A DNA stretch of 64,000 nucleotides from Candidatus Eiseniibacteriota bacterium (GTDB taxonomy: Bacteria; Eisenbacteria; RBG-16-71-46): contig JANMQY010000107.1 in NCBI GenBank assembly GCA_031370785.1, positions 1 to 64,000 on the forward strand. The letters run 5' to 3'. Each line of letters begins with the position of its first letter. Position 1 is the first letter of the stretch. Of the stretch, positions 57,465-64,000 are shown piece after piece. The translations under genes and the position numbers were made by a program. The notes under the pieces were generated by a model. The model was not told where the DNA came from and ran no database searches. It saw only the letters and a list, made by a program, of their open reading frames with translations.

Positions 57465-57506
57465 GATAGCCGCTGCTCGTTCGAGCCTCGAGAAAGGGAC
57501 TTTCTC

Positions 57507-58121
57507 ATGAACGAAGCGTCGAGCGGCACACCTTCCGAAATCATTGCACCCGAAACCTGCGCCCAGTGCGGGAAGACCCTCAGCCCCGACGATCGCATCT
57601 CCGCAGGCGATCGCGTCTTCTGTCGCTCGTGCTATGCGTCGCTTCGAGCGGAGCTCGAGCAGGCCGTCACCGCCATGTCCACCAACATCAACTATGTGAA
57701 CGCCACCGTTGGTGCGGTGCTCGGTGGGATCGTGGGCGTGATGGTGTGGTGGGGATTCACGGTCGTCACCCACATCGCGTTCGGATTGATCGCGGTCGCG
57801 ATCGGGTTCCTCGTGGGCCAGGGGGCGGTGCGATTCGCGGGCGGCAAACACTCGCGGGGACTCCAGATCCTCTCCGTGCTCGTCGCGCTGGGGAGCTACC
57901 TCTGCGCGACGTACCTCGTGAACATGAGTTTCATCAACAAGGCGTTCGCCGAGAAGGGCGATGCGTTCCGAGTCGGCTTTCCTCCTCAGAATCTGGATCT
58001 CTTCATCAAGGTACTCAAGGTCGGCTTCGGACTCATGGACTTCGTCTTCCTCGCGATCGTCATCTATCAGGCGTGGAAGATTCCGAGCCCGCCCAGGCTC
58101 CCTCCAGAGCACGCGGCATGA
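57507..58121 (+). CDS. Membrane protein with N-terminal Cys4 zinc finger
   Basis: CAQC...CRSC followed by four TM helices. Confidence 0.75.
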   Translation: MNEASSGTPSEIIAPETCAQCGKTLSPDDRISAGDRVFCRSCYASLRAELEQAVTAMSTNINYVNATVGAVLGGIVGVMVWWGFTVVTHIAFGLIAVAIGFLVGQGAVRFAGGKHSRGLQILSVLVALGSYLCATYLVNMSFINKAFAEKGDAFRVGFPPQNLDLFIKVLKVGFGLMDFVFLAIVIYQAWKIPSPPRLPPEHAA

Positions 58122-59020
58122 ACGAGCCGCGTTCCGAACAAGAAGAGCGGAAACACATCGAGAACCTGCGCGCGATCCTCGCCGGGCCGACGCCGTCCGG
58201 CACCGCGCGTGCCGCAGCCGGAAGTGACAGGGCGAGCGGGACAGCCATCGGCGACTCCGCGCACCCCTCCCACCGCGCGCGCAACGGGATTCTCGGCGGC
58301 CTGGGCGCGTCAATCGTGTTCCTCGTCGGCAAGCTCAAGTTGCTGGGACTCCTCGTCGGCGTGCTCAAGCTCAAGACGCTCGGAACGATGCTGCTCAGCA
58401 TCGTGCTCTACGCCACCCAGTGGGGCGCGCCGTTCGCGATTGGTTTTGTTCTGCTCATTTTCGTGCACGAGATGGGGCACGTGGTCGTGCTTCGTCACGA
58501 GGGCATTCCCGCCGGTGCGCCGGTGTTCATCCCATTCCTCGGCGCGTTCATCGCGATGAAAGGCCGGCCGCGCGATGCCTACGTCGAAGCCAAGGTCGCG
58601 ATCGGAGGGCCGGTGACAGGCTCGATCGCCGCGTGGGCCGTGCTCGCGGCGGGACTCGCTCTGCAGCGTCCCATGCTCATCACGCTCGGGCACGCGGGCA
58701 TTCTCCTCAACCTCTTCAATCTGATTCCGGTCTCGCCGCTCGACGGCGGTCGCATCGCGGGCGCATTCAGCCGCGAGTTCTGGATCATCGGCTACCTGCT
58801 GGGCATCGGGGCGCTGGTGCTCACCCGGTCGCCCCTGCTGCTCATCGTTCTTCTGGTCGGACTGTTCACGATGTGGCAGCGATGGCGCCACCCGGTGGCG
58901 GGCTATCACGACATCCCGCGCGCCAAGCGCCTGATGGTGGGCCTGGGCTATGCGGCTCTCGTGATCGCGCTCACGCTGACGCTTCCGATCGGGCTCACAA
59001 TCCATCCCGCGACGCAATAG
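58118..59020 (+). CDS. Site-2 protease (M50)
   Basis: HEMGH, GGP, NLFNLIPVSPLDGGR; ATGA overlap. Confidence 0.9.
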   Translation: MNEPRSEQEERKHIENLRAILAGPTPSGTARAAAGSDRASGTAIGDSAHPSHRARNGILGGLGASIVFLVGKLKLLGLLVGVLKLKTLGTMLLSIVLYATQWGAPFAIGFVLLIFVHEMGHVVVLRHEGIPAGAPVFIPFLGAFIAMKGRPRDAYVEAKVAIGGPVTGSIAAWAVLAAGLALQRPMLITLGHAGILLNLFNLIPVSPLDGGRIAGAFSREFWIIGYLLGIGALVLTRSPLLLIVLLVGLFTMWQRWRHPVAGYHDIPRAKRLMVGLGYAALVIALTLTLPIGLTIHPATQ

Positions 59021-59314
59021 CACACGTCTCGCTCTTTCGCCCGAGCGTCTTTGGCGCGCACGCCGGCCGTCGATGATTCCGGGCGATATTGCACATCACT
59101 CGCAATTCGGGGCGTCGCGCTCTAGCATTCGCATCCGTGCGCAGCCCCGCCGATGAGCAGAAGGAATTCAACGAGCATCTGAAGAAGAGGCTCGCCGGGG
59201 TGCTGACGGCGGATGAGGCTCGAACCAGAAGGACGCCCGAGGCCGGACGACGACCCGGGCGTCCTTCGCATGCGGCGGCCACGCGATCGGCGTCGCTCGC
59301 CCCCTAGGATTCTC

Positions 59315-59896
59315 ATGGCGATCACGGAGCGCGAACCCAGGGTCCCTCGTCACCGCAAGGTGGGCGCTCTGTACCGCCGTTATTTCCGGGAGACTCGCCG
59401 CGAGCGCCTGTTCCTCGCCTCGCTCTCGTTCTTCGTCAGCTTCGCGATCACTCGTCTCATCACCCATTCCATTCACGGCGGGTCGGACCTGTTCGGCAAT
59501 CTGTCGTTCGGCGGGCGGCACGTCCATCACCTGGTGTGGGGAATCCTGCTGCTGCTGGGCGTGGGCTATGGCTGGCTGATTCAGATCGGTACCGGCGAGA
59601 AGCACTCTTCTGTGATCGCCGGCCGGATCATGGCGGTGCTCTACGGGCTCGGCGCCGCGCTGACGCTGGATGAATTCGCGCTGTGGCTGAACCTGCGCGA
59701 TGTCTACTGGGAACGCGAGGGACGTGCCAGCATCGACGTGGTCGCGATGTTCGGCGCCCTGGTCTCGGCAGGACTGTGGGGCGGGCGATTCCTTCGAGCC
59801 GTCTGGCGCGAAGCCGTGCGAGTATTTCGTCTGTCGTGGCGCGGCGTGTCGCGGCGCAGGCTCAAGCGCCGTCCGGGTACGCCTCGCGATCGATGA
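59315..59896 (+). CDS. Conserved membrane protein
   Basis: HVHHLVWGILLL, LTLDEFALWLNLRDVYW. Confidence 0.75.
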   Translation: MAITEREPRVPRHRKVGALYRRYFRETRRERLFLASLSFFVSFAITRLITHSIHGGSDLFGNLSFGGRHVHHLVWGILLLLGVGYGWLIQIGTGEKHSSVIAGRIMAVLYGLGAALTLDEFALWLNLRDVYWEREGRASIDVVAMFGALVSAGLWGGRFLRAVWREAVRVFRLSWRGVSRRRLKRRPGTPRDR

Positions 59897-59927
59897 TCCC
59901 CCTCAACAACTGATCAGGAGGAAGAGC

Positions 59928-60491
59928 ATGGCCGAAGGAACTCGCCCGCGCACTCCTTCCGCGAATGAGAGCTCGGCGGCCGATGCGCTGCCGGGATTCC
60001 GCCGCGGCGTCGAGAACCTCGAGACGATGAAACGCGAGGCGCATCGCGCCGAAAAGGCGAGCGAGAAGCTCGCGGACTTCTTCACCAGCTTCAGCGGCAG
60101 CATGGTATTCGTCTATCTGCATGCCGTGTGGTTCCTGGTGTGGGTGGCATGGAACACGAAACTGATCCCCGGGCTCGAGCCCTTCGACCCGTTTCCGTTC
60201 GGGCTCCTGACCCTGGTCGTGTCGCTCGAGGCGATCTTCCTGTCGACCTTCGTGCTGATCTCGCAGAACCGGGAGAAGGTCCTCAGCGCGATGCGCGACG
60301 AGATCGAAACCCAGGTCAACCTGTATCAGGAACAGGAACTCACGCACGTCCTGCGCATCGTCCATCGAATCGAGAAACATCTCGGAATCGAGGACGAGGA
60401 TGAGGAGACGGTCGCGGCGATGGAATGCTTCGTCGATTCCGACGGACTGTTCCGTCAGATTGAGAGCAAGGTGCTCAAGAAGTCTGAATGA
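59928..60491 (+). CDS. DUF1003 membrane protein
   Basis: FSGSMVF, FDPFPFGLLTLVVSLEAIFLSTFVLISQNR. Confidence 0.88.
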   Translation: MAEGTRPRTPSANESSAADALPGFRRGVENLETMKREAHRAEKASEKLADFFTSFSGSMVFVYLHAVWFLVWVAWNTKLIPGLEPFDPFPFGLLTLVVSLEAIFLSTFVLISQNREKVLSAMRDEIETQVNLYQEQELTHVLRIVHRIEKHLGIEDEDEETVAAMECFVDSDGLFRQIESKVLKKSE

Positions 60492-60515
60492 GCGACCTGC
60501 CAGCGAACGACTCGC

Positions 60516-62120
60516 CTAATTCAGGTGCACAAAGCGCGCGGCCAGGCTCCTGCCACCCGAGGTGAGCCGCACGAAGTAGAGACCCGACAGCGACGCCTTG
60601 CCACGGTCGTCGCGGCCGTCCCACGAGAGCTGGTGCGCGCCGGGTTCGAGCCAGTTCTGCTGCGTCCCCCACACGCGACGCCCGGTCACATCGAGCACGT
60701 CGATTCGTGTCTGAGCCGCGGCAGCCAGCGAGAAGTGGAAAGCCACGCGGCCACCGGAAGGGTTGGGGTGCGGCGTCGCGAGCGCGAACCGAAGCGGCCC
60801 GTCTCCAACGCTCAAAGGCGATTGCGTCACCTGGAACAGATTGTCGCTGGGATCGGATGCCTGATTGAGCGCGGCGTCGAACGCGGTCAGCCGGACCAGC
60901 ACGCTGTCCGAGGCGGTTGCATCCACGGTCCAGCCGTAGCTGCCCGAGTTGGCGAGCCCATGCTGAAGCGTGGTCCACGGCCCCGCGCTGCCATGCACCG
61001 AGTAGTCGAGATCGACCGAGGTCACGCCGACGTTGTCGCTGGCATTCCAGGTCACGGACTGCGCGGAGCCGGAGGGCCAGCTCTCGCCGCCGTTGGGCGA
61101 AACGACGGCCACGCTCGGGGCGGTCGCATCTACCGCGGTGCCGCTGTTGGTGAAGGTGTCCGCGTACGCGGCGGCGTAGATCGAGTCCACGCCCCCGGGC
61201 TGCCAGGTCGCGACGATCCGGATCGGACCGTTGGCCACCTTGTCCCACGTCGGATCCGGTGTCGCACCAGCGCCCAGCTGGGACCAGTACGTGCGCACTC
61301 CGTGGTTATGGAGGCGGGTCAAAGTCTCAATTCTCGGATGCCCGTAGGTGTTGCCGTTTCCTGCCGTGACGATGCCGATCTTGGGCTGGATGGCGTTGAG
61401 CCAGTTCTCGTTGGTGGAATAGAAGGAAGCATGATGATGCACGAGCGACACCTCCACCTTTCCGACCAGAGGTCCCACGCCCGTCTCGACATCCACATTG
61501 CTGCCAGAGTTCATGCCTTCCAGGTCGCCGCCGATCTCTTCGTCGAACTCGCCGTAGGTGACCTTCATCACCACGCTCAACGAATTCTCATCGGTGGTGG
61601 CGATGCCGTTGCCTGCGAGCGCAACGCACTTGATGATCACCGGGTGCGCCGAGAGTGAATCCAGCACGAAGATCTGGCCCTTGGTGAGCGTGCGGCGCTT
61701 CGCGCCCAGATAGCTCACGTAGTTGTTGTAGGTGGCAGTGGTGTAGCTGCCTCCCCGGTCCCAGCCCTGCTCGATGGTGATGCCAGGCAGCGCATTGATG
61801 CAGCCGATGTGGTCGCCGTGGTAATGGCTGGCGAAATGAAGTTTCACATTCGTGACGCCGAGGGCTTGCAGCTGCGAGAGCACGGAGGCACAGCTCGGGC
61901 AGTTGGTGCATAAGGTGGTGTTCGAACCGTCGTCGAACATCGCCACCTGACCCTCGGGCGAGATCAGGACCGCGGCATTCCCCTGCGCGGCGTTCAGATG
62001 GATGATCTGCAGCTTGCCATTGCCGGGCGGCACGGCGAGGGCGGGAACGGCGGCAGAGAGCAGGAATGAAGCGAACAACAGGGTTACGGCACTGCGTGTG
62101 GCCTTCGGGGGCCTTCGCAT
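60516..62120 (-). CDS. Secreted ComEC/Rec2-type metallo-beta-lactamase-fold hydrolase with Ig-like and FlgD-Ig domains
   Basis: SHYHGDHIG, ENSLSVV, GGDL, HHAS, YGHP; SPNGGE Ig domain; PNPS...DVTGRRV...WDGRDDRG...SGLYF. Confidence 0.85.
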   Translation of the reverse strand: MRRPPKATRSAVTLLFASFLLSAAVPALAVPPGNGKLQIIHLNAAQGNAAVLISPEGQVAMFDDGSNTTLCTNCPSCASVLSQLQALGVTNVKLHFASHYHGDHIGCINALPGITIEQGWDRGGSYTTATYNNYVSYLGAKRRTLTKGQIFVLDSLSAHPVIIKCVALAGNGIATTDENSLSVVMKVTYGEFDEEIGGDLEGMNSGSNVDVETGVGPLVGKVEVSLVHHHASFYSTNENWLNAIQPKIGIVTAGNGNTYGHPRIETLTRLHNHGVRTYWSQLGAGATPDPTWDKVANGPIRIVATWQPGGVDSIYAAAYADTFTNSGTAVDATAPSVAVVSPNGGESWPSGSAQSVTWNASDNVGVTSVDLDYSVHGSAGPWTTLQHGLANSGSYGWTVDATASDSVLVRLTAFDAALNQASDPSDNLFQVTQSPLSVGDGPLRFALATPHPNPSGGRVAFHFSLAAAAQTRIDVLDVTGRRVWGTQQNWLEPGAHQLSWDGRDDRGKASLSGLYFVRLTSGGRSLAARFVHLN

Positions 62121-62322
62121 GATGTCTCCGGCTGGCGGTCTCAATGAAGGGGCGATGGCCCCGTTGTTTGGGATGGGGGAAGTCTAGCAGGTATTGCCGC
62201 TCGGCAGCGAAGCCTTGCCGCGGTGGGTCCCGCGAGAGCAGAGCGAAGGGGCACCTCGAGCGGCTCCGAACCTGTGGTAAGGCGTGCGCCCGGGCGGACA
62301 TGCTAGGCTAGGTCGCTCACGT

Positions 62323-64000
62323 ATGGATCCGGTTGACTCCGCTGACCGCGTGGAGGAGTCCATTACGCCCTCGACTATCTTGCGACACCCCGATGCGCCG
62401 ATCGGAAGCCGTGGCGTCGAGCGTGAGTTTCTGACCTTTTTCGAGCACTCGCCGGACCCGATGCTGGGTTTCGATCGCGCGGGCCGCATCCGCATGATCA
62501 ACGCTCGGGCCGAAGAGCTGCTCGGCTACCGGAGCTTTGAACTGCTCGGAGAGTCGATCGACCGCCTCCTCCCGGGGCTGGATCTCGCTCAGCTCGAGGA
62601 ACAGCTCACTCCGGCGTCTCCCACCGCCTCCTGGGCTGGCCTCCGCAGGGAGCAGGCTGCGCGCCGGGCCGACGGGACTCCGCTCTACGTCGAGATGAGC
62701 GTGACGCCGATTCCGGCGAGCTCCGAGCTTCTGATCGCCGCCCGCATTCGTGAGGTCACCGAACGCACGCGCGAAGATGGAAACACCGATCTGCTCGAGC
62801 GCGAACGGGCCGCTCGCACGAGCCTGGAGCGGATCAACCGGATCAAGGACGAGTTCCTGATCACGCTCTCGCACGAACTGAGAACGCCACTCAACTCCAT
62901 GCTCGGCTGGACCCAGCTGCTGGCCTCGGGAAAGCTCGACGAACCGACCAGTGCCCGGGCGCTGGGCACCATCGAGCGCAACATCCGCCTTCAGTCGCAG
63001 CTCATCGATGATCTGCTCGACATGTCGCGCATCCTGTCTGGCAAGATGCGCATCGAGGCCAGGCCGATCGCGATCGGGCCGATCATCGATGCGGCTCTCG
63101 AGATCGTTTCCCCCGCCGCGGAGAATCGTGGAATCCGACTGCGCAGGCAGCTCGATCGCGAGAGCATCGAGATCTTCGGCGATCCCGCCCGGCTTCAGCA
63201 GGTCATCTGGAATCTGCTTTCCAACGCGATCAAGTTCACTCCAGGGGGCGGCGAAGTCGAAGTACGCGTGCAGCGCGTCGATTCGTGGCTCCAGATCGTG
63301 GTGCGCGATACCGGACAGGGAATCGACCCTTCATTCCTCCCGCACGTCTTCGATCGATTCCGCCAGGACGATGGCTCGACGACGCGCTCTCACGGCGGCA
63401 TGGGACTCGGCCTGTCGCTCGTGCGCAGCCTCGTGGAAATGCACGGCGGACTCGTGCGGGCGGAGAGCGACGGGCTCGACAGGGGATCGACCTTCATCGT
63501 CTCCCTGCCGCTCTCGGGTGCATCCGCGCCGGTGCAGTCGGAAGAGCTCCCGAGGGTGGGACCCGGCGTCGCGCCTTTCAGAACGTTTGCTGCACTCGGC
63601 GAGCAACGCCTGGACGGCCTGCGCGTGCTGGTGGTGGACGATGAACACGACGCGCGGGAATACATGAGGAGACTGCTGGAAGCGTGCGGCGCAGAGGTGG
63701 TGACCGCCGGATCCGCACCGGAAGCGCTGCGAGCCGTCACGAAAGTTCGTCCGGCAGTGATGGTCTGCGACATCGGCATGCCCAACGAGGATGGCTACGA
63801 TCTCATCCGGAAAGTGAGGCTGCTCGCGACCGAACAGGGAGGCTTGACGCCTGCCGCCGCTCTCACCGCCTACTCGCGCGAAGAAGACCAGCGGAAATCG
63901 CTCGAGCTGGGGTACCAGTTTCACCTGTCGAAGCCGGTGGAGCCGGCCCATCTCATCAGCGTCGTCGCAGAACTCGCAAAGGGACGCACCCAGAGCGGGG
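62323..64000 (+). CDS. PAS hybrid histidine kinase, runs off right edge
   Basis: Not in ORF track. Manual translation: FFEHSPDPML (PAS), FLITLSHELRTPL, NLLSNAIKF, DTGQGI, GMGLGL, REC VVDD...CDIGMP...KP. Confidence 0.88.
   Translation, partial: MDPVDSADRVEESITPSTILRHPDAPIGSRGVEREFLTFFEHSPDPMLGFDRAGRIRMINARAEELLGYRSFELLGESIDRLLPGLDLAQLEEQLTPASPTASWAGLRREQAARRADGTPLYVEMSVTPIPASSELLIAARIREVTERTREDGNTDLLERERAARTSLERINRIKDEFLITLSHELRTPLNSMLGWTQLLASGKLDEPTSARALGTIERNIRLQSQLIDDLLDMSRILSGKMRIEARPIAIGPIIDAALEIVSPAAENRGIRLRRQLDRESIEIFGDPARLQQVIWNLLSNAIKFTPGGGEVEVRVQRVDSWLQIVVRDTGQGIDPSFLPHVFDRFRQDDGSTTRSHGGMGLGLSLVRSLVEMHGGLVRAESDGLDRGSTFIVSLPLSGASAPVQSEELPRVGPGVAPFRTFAALGEQRLDGLRVLVVDDEHDAREYMRRLLEACGAEVVTAGSAPEALRAVTKVRPAVMVCDIGMPNEDGYDLIRKVRLLATEQGGLTPAAALTAYSREEDQRKSLELGYQFHLSKPVEPAHLISVVAELAKGRTQSG

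Noticed and set aside
59089..59307. Short ORF containing DEQKEFNEHLKKRLAGVL
   Set aside because: Looks partly coding but has no convincing start or family; possibly a remnant, not supportable

Overview
GC-rich bacterial chromosomal window. By inference it is an FCB-group organism such as Ca. Eisenbacteria, given the C-terminal FlgD-Ig domains on secreted proteins. The left two-thirds is a redox and central-carbon hub: a complete alternative complex III operon (actABCDEF); a CysM/Mec/Ubl-MoeZ sulfur-carrier cysteine pathway in which the ubiquitin-like carrier is fused to its E1 enzyme; glk-tkt, tal-pgi and gnd-zwf-pgl (pentose phosphate pathway); GTP-dependent PEPCK; and an ndh-sthA-osmC-VOC-fumC-dehydratase operon. 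The right third holds signalling, envelope and accessory genes: a degenerate hybrid pseudo-kinase, two intact hybrid kinases, MATE and MFS transporters, GT-C glycosyltransferases, hydrolases, a site-2 protease, and tRNA-Cys with gene debris on its 3' side. The most unusual element is a ~270-nt self-contained minus-strand unit at ~41474-41790. It has a palindrome-overlapped TTGACA promoter, a structured leader, a 16-nt complement of the 16S rRNA 3' tail, a 14-codon ORF carrying a second GGAGGTGA, and a strong intrinsic terminator. Several neighbouring genes, by contrast, look leaderless. No CRISPR, rRNA, integrase or complete IS was seen. All family calls come from motif recognition, not database searches.
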